The notes beneath the pieces are model-generated. The model was not told the origin of the DNA, did no database searches, and was given only the letters and a program-made list of their open reading frames with translations. A stretch of 64,000 nucleotides of DNA from an uncultured Actinomyces sp. (GTDB lineage: Bacteria > Actinomycetota > Actinomycetes > Actinomycetales > Actinomycetaceae): positions 54,441 through 118,440 of the forward strand of contig CAURIY010000005.1 of assembly GCA_963525415.1 (NCBI GenBank), given 5' to 3'. The stretch's first letter is position 1. The number at the start of each line of letters is the position of its first letter. Position numbers and translations under genes: made by a program. This document shows positions 48,851 through 58,754 of the stretch, one piece after another.

Positions 48851-49433
48851 CTCATACACCCCCAGATCTCAGGGAAAAGACGGTTTCTCGAGTCGACGCT
48901 TTGCACATAATTGTTCAATATTTGTGTAACTCCTCACATCCCATCGATAACTTTTCTTGTGCGCACATGCAAACGTTTGCGCATGATTCTGCGGAAAGTA
49001 CGCATTGGTAAGTGTTCTCATCTCTCGGGTCGAGAATCATGAGGAACTCTAGAAGAGCACGTGCGTCCCCGGACTGCTCTTGCTCTCTTCCTGGGCAGAA
49101 TCCGTTCAGAGGACAACTCTGCGTATCACTCACTGAAAGTGAGGCACTCCCCCAACTGCTTGCCTCACAACAGGGTTCTCCCTGCGATCTCGCTGTGCGG
49201 TGCTATACCAGTGAAACCTCATTTCGAGGAGAGAATATATGTACTCAGAGAGTCGTAATTCTGTCCTACGCGGCTTACGGTGCCGAGGTGGAAAAGCTGG
49301 AAAGTTTCGCAGCGTCTTGGGATTCCATACTTCCTCGGATATAGGCTGGGATCTAGCGAGGGAAGCAACAAGCAACGGTGCGCACACGAAAAGGGAATCC
49401 TCAGCGCAAGGGGTCTTCCTGCAGATAGGCGTC

Positions 49434-49480
49434 GCACCAAGCACCAAGCACCAAGCACCAAGCAACGAGCAACGAGCAAC
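49434..49480. repeat. 7-bp tandem repeat
   Basis: (GCACCAA)x4, then (GCAACGA)x2 and GCAAC. Confidence 0.9.
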
Positions 49481-49527
49481 TCGCCCTGGAGGCATAAACC
49501 TCCAGAAAGAGGGAAAAATATTCCTTT

Positions 49528-51051
49528 TTACTTCTCTCCACCCAGCTGCGGCAGGATCAGATCAGCCAGACGTTGCAGGTCATCATGTCCCGCAAACTCA
49601 ATGACAATCTTGCCCTTGCGGCGCCCTTCTGTGATCGACACTCGCGTATCCCAGGCATCTTCAAGAGAGTGCAGAACATACTCGCCCAGCGGAGAGAGCA
49701 CACGAGCCGACACCTGACGCTTTGCATGCGGACGTCGAATATTTCCGAGTCGTACCAATTCCTCTGTCGTGCGCACCGACAGACCCTCAGCCACAATACG
49801 ATCGGCCAGAATCTCCATTTCTTGCGGCGTGGCCAATCCCAGAAGAGCACGTGCGTGTCCCGCAGAAATCACCTGTGCAGAGACCTTCTTCTGCACTGCA
49901 GGCGGCAGTTTGAGTAGACGCAATGTATTCGCAATCTGCGGTCGCGAACGAGCAATGCGCTTTGACAGTTCTTCCTGTGTTGCCCCGAAATCTGCCATCA
50001 GCTGCTGGTAGGCAAAGGCCTCTTCCAGGGGATTCAACTGGGCGCGGTGCAGATTTTCCAACAGTGCATCTCGCAGAAGATCTTCATCTTCTGTCTGGCG
50101 AATGATCGCGGGGATGGTCGTCTCTCCCGCACGCTCACTGGCGCGCAGACGACGTTCACCCATGATCAACTCAAAGCGAGCTTCTGGTTTTTCCGCGAGG
50201 TATTCCGCAAGACGTTCGTTCGGTTCCTGATCCAGAGGGATACGTCGAACGACAATCGGCTGAAGAACACCAACCTCCTGAATAGAGGCAGCAAGTTCTT
50301 CCAAATCTTCTTCGTCGAAAACTTCACGCGGCTGCTTGGTGTTTGGAACAATGAGTTCCAGAGGGATTGTCGCAAAAGAGGCTCCGGGAACAGGGAGCAG
50401 ATCTTCCGATGTTTCACGTGAAACATCGTGGTTTTCCTGTACCGCATCGGCAGAAGTATCACTCTCATTTTCAGAATGAGCTGAGTTCTGTCCCTGCAGA
50501 TCAGTTTTTTGCGTTTTCCCTACGGCCTCCTGCTGAGCAAACTCAGATGAGGGTGTGACCGAAATAGAGGCCTGCTCACCCCCTGAAACCGCAACCTGGG
50601 TTTCCTCAGACGCATTTTTCACCGGAGCAGCAGGCTCCTCGACGTGAGGCGTAGACGAAGTCCGAGATCCCGCAGAAGTGGATACGCCCTTCGAGGATGC
50701 TCGCCGCACGGCTTTCTTTCCACGAGTCCCTTCGGCAGGTACAACACTCGTAGTCTCTTCTGCAGGGTTCGAAGAACCGACAGATTCCTGCGTACGGGCG
50801 ACACGTTTCTTAGCGCTTGCTTTTTGAGCCTCTGCAGCAATGCGCGCGGGGGGATTGAGGAGATCTCGGGCAGAACCGCCGCGAGTAGGAGTCTTTCCGG
50901 ATGATGCGCGTCCCGGGAAAAGAACATCCAGGGGACGGACAGAATCTGTCATATTTTCTTCTTGAGTCTGAGGAATCAAAGCCCCCAGCCCACGTCCCAA
51001 TCCTGAACGCTTCTGAGCTTTAGAACCTGTTCCCTGTGCGCGTTCGACCAC
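49528..51051 (-). CDS. parB: Chromosome partitioning protein ParB with long disordered N-terminal region
   Basis: GLGRGLGALI, QPR..F, GVLQPIVV, GERRLRA, ENLHRAQLNPLEEA, HTH, GHARALL. Confidence 0.96.
   Translation of the reverse strand: MVERAQGTGSKAQKRSGLGRGLGALIPQTQEENMTDSVRPLDVLFPGRASSGKTPTRGGSARDLLNPPARIAAEAQKASAKKRVARTQESVGSSNPAEETTSVVPAEGTRGKKAVRRASSKGVSTSAGSRTSSTPHVEEPAAPVKNASEETQVAVSGGEQASISVTPSSEFAQQEAVGKTQKTDLQGQNSAHSENESDTSADAVQENHDVSRETSEDLLPVPGASFATIPLELIVPNTKQPREVFDEEDLEELAASIQEVGVLQPIVVRRIPLDQEPNERLAEYLAEKPEARFELIMGERRLRASERAGETTIPAIIRQTEDEDLLRDALLENLHRAQLNPLEEAFAYQQLMADFGATQEELSKRIARSRPQIANTLRLLKLPPAVQKKVSAQVISAGHARALLGLATPQEMEILADRIVAEGLSVRTTEELVRLGNIRRPHAKRQVSARVLSPLGEYVLHSLEDAWDTRVSITEGRRKGKIVIEFAGHDDLQRLADLILPQLGGEK
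50410..50425. promoter_or_regulatory. parS: parS site inside parB (encodes VSRET)
   Basis: Perfect 16-mer that extends to a 22-bp palindrome at 50407-50428. Confidence 0.92.
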
Positions 51052-51088
51052 GGTCTCTTCTCCTCAGCCTTCGAAAGTGATATCCCAT

Positions 51089-51104
51089 TGTTTCACGTGA
51101 AACA
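51089..51104. promoter_or_regulatory. parS: parS site just upstream of parB
   Basis: Perfect TGTTTCACGTGAAACA. Confidence 0.92.
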
Positions 51105-51357
51105 TCGCTCTGTCTCATTCTCACGCAAAATTCAGATCCCCTTCAGAGAGGGCACTTCTTGCACAGACCGTATCCTCTGGAGATCCAATTTTTAGCCCGG
51201 CGTGGACACTCCCGCCAACACTTCGCACCAACTCAGGGCACACACCTAGCAGGGTTCAAACTCCCATCAGCACAACACATTATTTAAACAGCACAAGTGG
51301 CCACGGGTTCATCAAAGAAATTCCTGGCACCCCAGGCGCAACATTCCCCAGGCGCGA

Positions 51358-51373
51358 TGTTTCACGTGAAACA
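51358..51373. promoter_or_regulatory. parS: parS site between parA and parB
   Basis: Perfect 16-mer inside the 30-bp palindrome GGCGCGATGTTTCACGTGAAACATCGCGCC (51351-51380). Confidence 0.92.
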
Positions 51374-51440
51374 TCGCGCCAAGGCAGTAAAACAGCAGGT
51401 CAGAGGCTATTTGGTGCAGCAGAGGTCAACAGCACGTGGC

Positions 51441-52316
51441 TCACTGCTGCTGGGCAAGACGCAGACTCAACTCCAAAGCGGCCTTGCGATAAGCCAAAGC
51501 GCCCGCGCTCCGGGGATCATAGGTCACGACGCTCTGTCCATAGCTGGGAGCCTCAGAAACTCGGACCGAACGGGGGATCACCGTCTCCAGCGTCAGCTCC
51601 GGGAAGTGAGAGCGAACCTCAGTTTCCACTTCCTCGCTCAGCTTGGTTCGTCGATCCGCCATCGTCAGCAACATTGTTGACACGTGGAGCTTCGGGTTCA
51701 GTCCCTGGGCAATACGTTCAATCGTCGACCACAGCTGGCTCAGACCTTCCAGTGCGTAGTACTCCGTCTGAATCGGAATCATCACCTGATCGGCGGCAAC
51801 CATGACATTCAAGGTCACCAACCCCAGCGACGGAGGACAGTCGATCAGAACCACATCGATATCGCGGTAAATCGAGACAAACTCTGCAATTGCATCCGCC
51901 AGCAAAAACTCGCGGCGCGGCATATCCACCAGTTCGATTTCCGCACCCGACAGATCAATTGTTGCCGGGCATACCCACAGATTCTCCACATCGGGGCAAG
52001 CCTGGACAACATCGGCAACAGAAGAGCCGCCGATCAACACGTCATAGGTCGACGAGGTCCCCGACGAATGATCAATACCCAGAGCGCTGGAGGCATTGCC
52101 CTGCGCATCCGCATCAATCACCACAACTTTCAAGCCCCCCATGGCCAAAGCCGCGGCAATATTCACCGCAGACGTGGTCTTCCCCACCCCGCCCTTCTGG
52201 TTGGCCACAGCAATGACCTGGGTACGAGAGGGCTTCCCGAATATTGCTTGATCCAACATTCGTCGATCGTGGAAATTGCGTTCAACTTGGGCAGACATCG
52301 ACGTATCAGCACTCAT
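51441..52316 (-). CDS. parA: Chromosome partitioning ATPase ParA/Soj
   Basis: NQKGGVGKTT, DADAQGNAS, IDCPPSLG, QTEYYALEG, IPRSVRVSEAPS. Confidence 0.97.
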   Translation of the reverse strand: MSADTSMSAQVERNFHDRRMLDQAIFGKPSRTQVIAVANQKGGVGKTTSAVNIAAALAMGGLKVVVIDADAQGNASSALGIDHSSGTSSTYDVLIGGSSVADVVQACPDVENLWVCPATIDLSGAEIELVDMPRREFLLADAIAEFVSIYRDIDVVLIDCPPSLGLVTLNVMVAADQVMIPIQTEYYALEGLSQLWSTIERIAQGLNPKLHVSTMLLTMADRRTKLSEEVETEVRSHFPELTLETVIPRSVRVSEAPSYGQSVVTYDPRSAGALAYRKAALELSLRLAQQQ

Positions 52317-52680
52317 CGCCGCACCCCTCTCTTCTTGAGCAACTCACCGAACACATCTGTGAATCGCGGCCGCAATAGGAACCTCTCTCAAGTGTACGGA
52401 GGATGAAGGACATCTGTGACCTCCCATCCCCTCGCTACAGGGTCACTCTTCCCACATATGCGCCACGACCAGCGCATACGCGCACACGCAGACTCATTCA
52501 CGACCGCCTACCTACCCTCGAAACAAATCCACGCACGCGCCGCACATACCTGCTCAGAGCACACCCACCCGCGTCCCGCGCGCCAAACCCCCGCGCATCA
52601 CCGCAGCGCTCCAGACCAGCACGACTCCAGCCACACCCCTCACCCATCGTTCGGGGTGCACCCGCCCGCGCTCCGCCTCG

Positions 52681-53346
52681 TCACTTCGTGCGGCGGCACA
52701 CCACCACGTAGGTCGAATCGTCCTCCATAATCGAGGGAACCTCGTGGATCGAGGCGCTGAGGTGATGACGCTTCAACTCCGCAGCGGCATCCTCAACCTC
52801 CAGAGCCGCGCGACGCCCCTTCAAGGCCACCAGGGAACCACCCGGAGCAATCAGCTTCGACGTCATGCGCACCAGCTTGGACATATTCGCCACGGCGCGC
52901 GAGGTCACGACATCAGCTTTCCCCTTGCCGCGCAACTCCTCGGCACGCGCCTGGTGGATCGTCACATTATCCAAGCCCAGGGCATCGACAACATCCGCCA
53001 ACCACTCGCATCGACGCTGCATCGGCTCCGCCAGGTGCACATCGAGATCGGGGCGAGCAATCGCCACGACAATACCCGGGAAACCCGCACCGGATCCCAC
53101 ATCCAAGAGCTGCCCCTTCGAGGGCAGGAAGGGGAGGATCGCCGCGGAATTCACCAGATGACGCGACCAGAGACGAGGCAGTTCACGCGGCCCAATCAGA
53201 CCGCGCAACTCGCCTTCCTGTTCCAGCATGTGCGCGAATTCTTCGACATCGGGGAAGGAGAGGCCAAAAAGGTCTCGGACAGCTTGAGTAGGCTGTTCCA
53301 GCTCCACATTCTGCTCGTCAGGAGTCATCATCGTGTCATCAGCCAT
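52681..53346 (-). CDS. rsmG: 16S rRNA m7G527 methyltransferase (GidB)
   Basis: GLIGPRE..RLWSRH, DVGSGAGFPG, RAEE, TSRAVA, LKG. Confidence 0.96.
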   Translation of the reverse strand: MADDTMMTPDEQNVELEQPTQAVRDLFGLSFPDVEEFAHMLEQEGELRGLIGPRELPRLWSRHLVNSAAILPFLPSKGQLLDVGSGAGFPGIVVAIARPDLDVHLAEPMQRRCEWLADVVDALGLDNVTIHQARAEELRGKGKADVVTSRAVANMSKLVRMTSKLIAPGGSLVALKGRRAALEVEDAAAELKRHHLSASIHEVPSIMEDDSTYVVVCRRTK

Positions 53347-53495
53347 GTCTTTTCCCCGTCACATTCGGCCCGTCTGCTCATCAGTGGCAGTACAGCGGAT
53401 AGGTAGGAGCGCAGGTGCGCAGTGGGTAGGGTGTGTGCGATATGTGTGAGCGGGGTGCTCCAGCAACACTTTGCCGGAAGCACCCCGCCTGTTGT

Positions 53496-54020
53496 TCACT
53501 CGGCGTCGGACGCCGTTTCCTCGGCAGCGTCGGCCGCGGGAAGAATCACCACGCAGCGACGAGGCTCCACGCCCTCAGATTCGGAAACCAGACCTTCGGC
53601 GGCAACCACGTCATGGCACACCTTGCGTTCGAAGGGGTTCATCGGTTCCAGCTTCTGGGATTCGCCGGTCGCACGCAGTCGAGCGATGGCTTCCATCGTC
53701 AGATCCTGCAGAGCAACCTTGCGATCGGCGCGGAATCCGGCGATGTCGAGCATCAGTCGGGAACGCTCACCGGTTTCTGTCTGAACAGCCAGACGCGTGA
53801 GCTCCTGGAGGGCATCCACGACCTCGCCGTCCTCTCCCACCAGGTGGGACAGTACCGAGGGATCGTCGGAAATGATCTCGACCGAGGCGCGGCCGTTTTC
53901 CACGTCGATTTCGATATCGCCGTCCAAATCGGCGATATCGAGAAGTTCTTCGAGGTAGTCGGCGGCAAATTCGCCCTCTTCTTCGAGACGGCTCAGCTTG
54001 CTGTTGTCATTCTCGCTCAT
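53496..54020 (-). CDS. jag: Jag/KhpB RNA-binding protein (KH plus R3H)
   Basis: EGEFAADYLEELLDIADLDGDI, ALQELTRLAV, MNPFERKVCHD. Confidence 0.92.
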   Translation of the reverse strand: MSENDNSKLSRLEEEGEFAADYLEELLDIADLDGDIEIDVENGRASVEIISDDPSVLSHLVGEDGEVVDALQELTRLAVQTETGERSRLMLDIAGFRADRKVALQDLTMEAIARLRATGESQKLEPMNPFERKVCHDVVAAEGLVSESEGVEPRRCVVILPAADAAEETASDAE

Positions 54021-54169
54021 GTCTACTCCATGTCACGGTTGAGGGAGCCTTTCCGGGTTCCCACGGGTGTGGTCTTGGGTGGCCTCAGTCGGTGTGCGAT
54101 TGGCGAGGCCGTGGGCGGGTCGCGCGCGCATCATCCCGCGTACGGGTGGGCACGCAACCCTGTCCCAGG

Positions 54170-55477
54170 TCAGCGCTTTTTCTTGGCCTGCTGGCGGCGC
54201 GCCTTGCGGCGTTCCTGGCGGCGACGTTCGAGTTCTTCCGCTTCTGCAGCTGCCTGAGCGTGAACCTGCGGATCCTGCGCGGTATCCGCCGAACGCTGAT
54301 CGCGTGCGCGCTTGCGCGTTTCTTCGCGCTTGGCCTGCTGTTCGCGCTTTTCGACGCTGCGTTCGGTGGCGTGGTGGATTCCCTTCATCCACATTTCATC
54401 GGGAAGGGTCGTCCATTCCTGGGCGCTGAGGTTGCGGTAGATCGTGACCTTTTCGCCGGCAGTCATCGCTTCGGGGAAGTCCGAGGCGATCTTCTGCTTC
54501 TTGGCGCGCTGCTGAACTGCGACGAGGGTGCGTTCGTTCAGTTCCGCGAGGCTTTCGTCGTCCAGAGCCAGGCCACGTTCGCGGTCGTAGTCGGCGAAGA
54601 AGGGGCGTGCCCACTCCTGGTAGGCGTTCTGGCGCTGCGTGAGGAGCTTCTCGTAGGCGGGAGAACCGGGGCTGGGCAGGTTGCGCAGCAGCCACAGGGT
54701 CTGCAGGTAGGCCCAGATACTGGTGGTGGTCGTGTAGATGACGATACCCATCTGGAAGAAGAGACCCGAGAAGATGAACAGCGCGGGCATCATGTACATC
54801 ATGGACTTCTGCGAACGCACCATCGGGTTGTTCGGATCCTGGTTCTTCGGCATGTTCTGGCCGAAGGACATGCGGATGGTGAAGAACTGGGTCGCAACCA
54901 TCACGATGATGAAGAAGATGAAGACCGCGACAGCCAGTGTGCCGTCACCGGAGTAGATGGTGTGGGACAGCGGAACTCCGAAGACCGTGGAGGTGTGGAT
55001 TTCCGTGGCGATGGCCTGGTCGATCGAGCCGAGGGAATCGACGTGCTGTCCGCCCACGTTGTAGGTGCTGTCCGCAATGGAGCTCACGGCGTAGATGGCG
55101 CGGTACATGCCGAAGAAGACGGGCATCTGGGCGAGCGCCGGGAGGCAGGATGCGAAGGGGCTAAATCCGTGCTTCTTCTGGAGGGCGCTAATTTCTTCCT
55201 GCTGACGCTGGCGCGAAGCCATATCGGTCTTGCCCTTGTACTTGGCCTGAATTTTCTTCATTTCAGGCTGAATCGCGTACATTCCGCGGGAGCTCTTAAT
55301 TTGCTTGAGGTAGAGCGGAATGATGAGGGCGCGAACCAGAATGGTCAGCAGAATAATTGAAATGACCCATGCCAGACCTGCGCCCGACCCGAAACCGAGG
55401 AGGACGAGCAGGTCGTGAATACGTACCCACAGCCACGCGATGGCGTAGGCGAAGGGGTAGAGGATCTTATCCCACAT
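54170..55477 (-). CDS. yidC: Membrane protein insertase YidC
   Basis: LTILVRALIIPL..KQ, QPEMKKIQAKY, CLPALAQMPVF, and a charged C-tail. Confidence 0.95.
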   Translation of the reverse strand: MWDKILYPFAYAIAWLWVRIHDLLVLLGFGSGAGLAWVISIILLTILVRALIIPLYLKQIKSSRGMYAIQPEMKKIQAKYKGKTDMASRQRQQEEISALQKKHGFSPFASCLPALAQMPVFFGMYRAIYAVSSIADSTYNVGGQHVDSLGSIDQAIATEIHTSTVFGVPLSHTIYSGDGTLAVAVFIFFIIVMVATQFFTIRMSFGQNMPKNQDPNNPMVRSQKSMMYMMPALFIFSGLFFQMGIVIYTTTTSIWAYLQTLWLLRNLPSPGSPAYEKLLTQRQNAYQEWARPFFADYDRERGLALDDESLAELNERTLVAVQQRAKKQKIASDFPEAMTAGEKVTIYRNLSAQEWTTLPDEMWMKGIHHATERSVEKREQQAKREETRKRARDQRSADTAQDPQVHAQAAAEAEELERRRQERRKARRQQAKKKR

Positions 55478-55910
55478 GGGCGATCTCCTTTGGAAGAGCG
55501 GGGACGTGTGACACGCCCTGTGTTTGACCGGCATCTGCCGGGGTGGTCTGGTTCACGAGGCCGTTGGTGGCATCGTCGGGGAGGTCGGGGAAGACTCCGT
55601 TCATTCCCATGGGGGTTCGTGCCCAGGGATCGTCGTGTCCTGCCCAGTCAGCGGGGGGTTGCCAGGGGTCGGGAATCCATCGTCCGCGTTCGGGGACGTG
55701 ATCGACTCCTCCGTAGTTCCAGGGGTTGCACCGCAGTAGTCGCCAGGTTGCCAGGAGGGTTCCCTTGACGAGGCCGTGCGTGTGAAGCGCTCCCACGGCG
55801 TAGGTGGAGCAGGTGGGGTAGAAACGGCAGCGCGGTGGGATGAGTGGGGAGATCCAGCGCCTGTAGGCGTGGAGGGGGAGGAGTGCGATGCGCGTGAGGA
55901 GAGAGGTCAC
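55467..55910 (-). CDS. yidD: Membrane protein insertion efficiency factor YidD
   Basis: YRRWISP, CRFYPTCSTYA, RLLRCNPW..GGVD. GTG 55910 overlaps the rnpA stop. Confidence 0.93.
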   Translation of the reverse strand: MTSLLTRIALLPLHAYRRWISPLIPPRCRFYPTCSTYAVGALHTHGLVKGTLLATWRLLRCNPWNYGGVDHVPERGRWIPDPWQPPADWAGHDDPWARTPMGMNGVFPDLPDDATNGLVNQTTPADAGQTQGVSHVPALPKEIAHVG

Positions 55911-56275
55911 GAGACTTTGCCCTCCTTTCGCTCCCATTTTTTCCATGCGCGTCCCAGAGCACTGTCAAGATCGCGAGCCAGATCATCGGACGTCATTCCC
56001 AGGGCTGTTGCGCGGGCACGAATAACGATTCGCGATCCCTGGGGAAGAGCGGCGATGCGTTCGCGCATGAGGTGTCTGAGTTGGCGTTTGACCCGGTTGC
56101 GTCCGTTTGCTCGTTTGATTTCGCTTTTAGGTACGACGAAACCGACGAGGCGCTGTTCGCTGTCCTCGTCGGTTCGACAGTGCACGACAACCCGCTCGTT
56201 GCCCGCACGTGACCCTGTTCGGATCACGGTGCGAAAATCCGCGGGATCCACCATGCGGTGAGCGCGGGGCAACAC
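55907..56275 (-). CDS. rnpA: Ribonuclease P protein component
   Basis: MLPRAHRM...F, GFVV.K, RNRVKRQLRH. Located downstream of rpmH. Confidence 0.93.
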   Translation of the reverse strand: MLPRAHRMVDPADFRTVIRTGSRAGNERVVVHCRTDEDSEQRLVGFVVPKSEIKRANGRNRVKRQLRHLMRERIAALPQGSRIVIRARATALGMTSDDLARDLDSALGRAWKKWERKEGKVS

Positions 56276-56285
56276 CTCGCGGATC

Positions 56286-56426
56286 TCAGGCAGCGAGGCG
56301 GGCGCGGCCCTTGCGACGACGGCTTGCCAGGATCGCACGGCCAGCGCGGGTGCTCATGCGCAGACGGAAACCGTGGGTCTTGGAGCGGCGGCGGTTGTTG
56401 GGCTGGTAAGTCCGCTTGGTGGTCAC
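56286..56426 (-). CDS. rpmH: 50S ribosomal protein L34 (not in the ORF track)
   Basis: Manual translation: [46 protein letters not shown]. Confidence 0.97.
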   Translation of the reverse strand: MTTKRTYQPNNRRRSKTHGFRLRMSTRAGRAILASRRRKGRARLAA

Positions 56427-56617
56427 TGAAATTCTCCTCGGCGGGAACGGGGATGACTCTCCCGTTCATCGGTCATCTTCGGGGGTGTTTCAGAAAGTCT
56501 CCGAACACCCATCGACTGCTCACGGCTGTGAGCACATACGAACCATCAGATTAGGGAGCTTTTCTGCGTGCGTCAACGAAAGAGAGGGGTTTGTCGCGCA
56601 TTTCTCGCACGATTTTT

Positions 56618-56813
56618 TCGTCCACATCTGTGGACAGTCTTGTGGAATACCACGCCCATTTTTGTCCACAGCCTCCTGTGTCCACAGGTCTATGGACACA
56701 GAGCTTTCCGCTCAACTACTGAAACAGCTCGTGTAACTACACGAATGTCATTTGGGGAAAGTTTATCCACAGGCGTGTCCCCAGCTGTGGAAAGTCTGGG
56801 GAACAGGTAGAAT
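56618..56813. promoter_or_regulatory. DnaA-box cluster and promoter upstream of dnaA
   Basis: TTATCCACA 56763, TTGTCCACA 56662 and others at 56618, 56629, 56641, 56678 and 56786. -10 TAGAAT at 56808. Confidence 0.85.
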
Positions 56814-56884
56814 CTTCAGTGGATCAGGGGAACATCCCCAGATAAAAACTCGTGTCCTATTTCACGTCGGATCCGGAGGTTCCC

Positions 56885-58321
56885 ATGTCCGAAGACATCG
56901 TTGCTCAGGCATGGCTGGAAGCAGTGTCACGTAATGCCGAAACATTCGGTCCGGCCGCCACGTCTTTCCTGCGCTCGGCAAAAGTTCTCGGCGACATTTC
57001 GGGCACCATCCTGATCTCCGTCCCCAACGACTTCACCAAGAAGTGGATCGAAGACCGCGAATCCTCGACGATTCTCTCGGACACCCTCAAGGACATCCTG
57101 CACCACCCCACGCGGATTGCGGTCACCATCGACCCCACTCTGGAAACACCCCTCGACGATTACGCAGAGGATGCGGATCCCGATCACGATCCCATCGCCT
57201 CGTCTATCACCATGGGAATGCAGGCGGTTCCCCACGGGCTGTCCTCGGATTCCCCCTTCCTGGTCATCGACTCGGTTGAAACGCACCTCAATCCCAAGCA
57301 CACCTTCGACACCTTCGTTATCGGGCCGTCGAACCGTTTCGCTCACGCGGCTGCCTTCGCTATCGCAGAAAGCCCCGGTCGCGCCTACAACCCCCTCTTT
57401 ATTCACGGAGATTCCGGGCTGGGTAAAACCCACCTCCTGCACGCTGTCGGACACTACGCGCTGTCCCTGTACCCCCAGCTGCGCGTGCGCTACGTGAACT
57501 CGGAAGAATTCACCAACGACTTCATTAACTCCGTGCGTGAGGAAAGCATCGAAGAATTCCAGCGACGCTACCGGGAAATCGACGTCCTCCTCATTGACGA
57601 CATCCAGTTTATTCAGGGTAAAGAGCGAACGGTGGAAGAGTTCTTCCACACCTTTAACTCCCTCTATAACGCGGGAAAGCAGATCGTTCTGACCTCGGAT
57701 GTTCCGCCGCGTGAACTCGACCTGGAAGACCGTATTCGCTCGCGCTTTAGTGCGGGGCTTCTGGTGGACGTGCAGCCGCCGGACTTGGAAACGCGTATCG
57801 CGATTCTGCAGAAGAAGGCCTCGGCTGAAAATATCGAGGTCAATCCGCAGATTCTCGAATACATTGCCCAGCGAATTTCGTCGAATATTCGCGAACTCGA
57901 GGGTGCACTGGTGCGCGTCGCCGCTTTCGAGAGCCTCTCGAAGGAACCGGTCACTATGTCCATGGCCGAGATGCTCCTCAAAGACTTTGCCTCGGATCCT
58001 GAGGACACGGAAATCTCCGTCCCCCTCATCATGAGTCAAACGGCGAATTACTTTGGCATCACCCTGGAACAGCTCTCTTCAACGGATCGTTCACACACGG
58101 TCGTGGAAGCTCGACAGATCGCCATGTACCTGTGCCGTGAACTCACCGATCTGTCCCTGCCGAAGATCGGGCAGCACTTCGGGGGGCGCGACCACACCAC
58201 CGTCATGCACGCCAATAAGAAGATCGTCGGTCTGATGGCGGAAAAGCGCGAGACCTTCAACTACGTCACGGAACTGACGAACCGAATTAAGCAGAAGGCT
58301 CGTGAACTTCCCTCAACGTAA
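56885..58321 (+). CDS. dnaA: Chromosomal replication initiator
   Basis: [57 protein letters not shown]. Confidence 0.98.
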   Translation: MSEDIVAQAWLEAVSRNAETFGPAATSFLRSAKVLGDISGTILISVPNDFTKKWIEDRESSTILSDTLKDILHHPTRIAVTIDPTLETPLDDYAEDADPDHDPIASSITMGMQAVPHGLSSDSPFLVIDSVETHLNPKHTFDTFVIGPSNRFAHAAAFAIAESPGRAYNPLFIHGDSGLGKTHLLHAVGHYALSLYPQLRVRYVNSEEFTNDFINSVREESIEEFQRRYREIDVLLIDDIQFIQGKERTVEEFFHTFNSLYNAGKQIVLTSDVPPRELDLEDRIRSRFSAGLLVDVQPPDLETRIAILQKKASAENIEVNPQILEYIAQRISSNIRELEGALVRVAAFESLSKEPVTMSMAEMLLKDFASDPEDTEISVPLIMSQTANYFGITLEQLSSTDRSHTVVEARQIAMYLCRELTDLSLPKIGQHFGGRDHTTVMHANKKIVGLMAEKRETFNYVTELTNRIKQKARELPST

Positions 58322-58754
58322 TCACACAGCTACGAAATACAGGGGTTGAGCGGTATCTGGACACTCATCCACAGAAAATGTGGATACGTGAGTGCACAGA
58401 GACATCTGACGTGTGGATACAGACTCCCGTCCTGTGAATGACATTTTTCTCCCACGAAGGTCATTCACAGCATGACGTCATTCATCCACACTCCATCCCC
58501 CGATGCCATCCACGGAGAAATCCTGGTGATATTAACAGAAAAAGGATGTTTCCACAGAATCCACACACCCGATGATGATGACGATTCTTGTTGTTTTTGA
58601 ATGACATAAATATCCCGCATGAGGAAAAAGTCAGCTCAAGCACCCTGTCCACCTCCTCATGACAGGCCACAGTTTCGTCAATCTGTTTCCCCAACCTCTG
58701 AGGGTTCGGTAGAGTAGACCGGAATGTTTGTTCTGTTTGTCGGAGGGTTCCGCA
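58322..58754. other. oriC: Replication origin oriC (dnaA-dnaN spacer)
   Basis: Multiple DnaA boxes (58364, 58379, 58413, 58433, 58461, 58482, about 58548, about 58557), followed by a 3-nt periodic tract and an AT-rich segment at 58571-58612. Confidence 0.88.

Noticed and set aside
51252..51270. GGGTTCAAACTCCC resembling a tRNA T-arm or att remnant
   Set aside because: Wrong loop length, no acceptor, D or anticodon arms, and no integrase.
52317..52680. Strongly C/A-rich spacer (similar ones at about 8470, 40900 and 41780)
   Set aside because: No repeat unit or credible ORF. It is consistent with replication GC skew on the left side of oriC.
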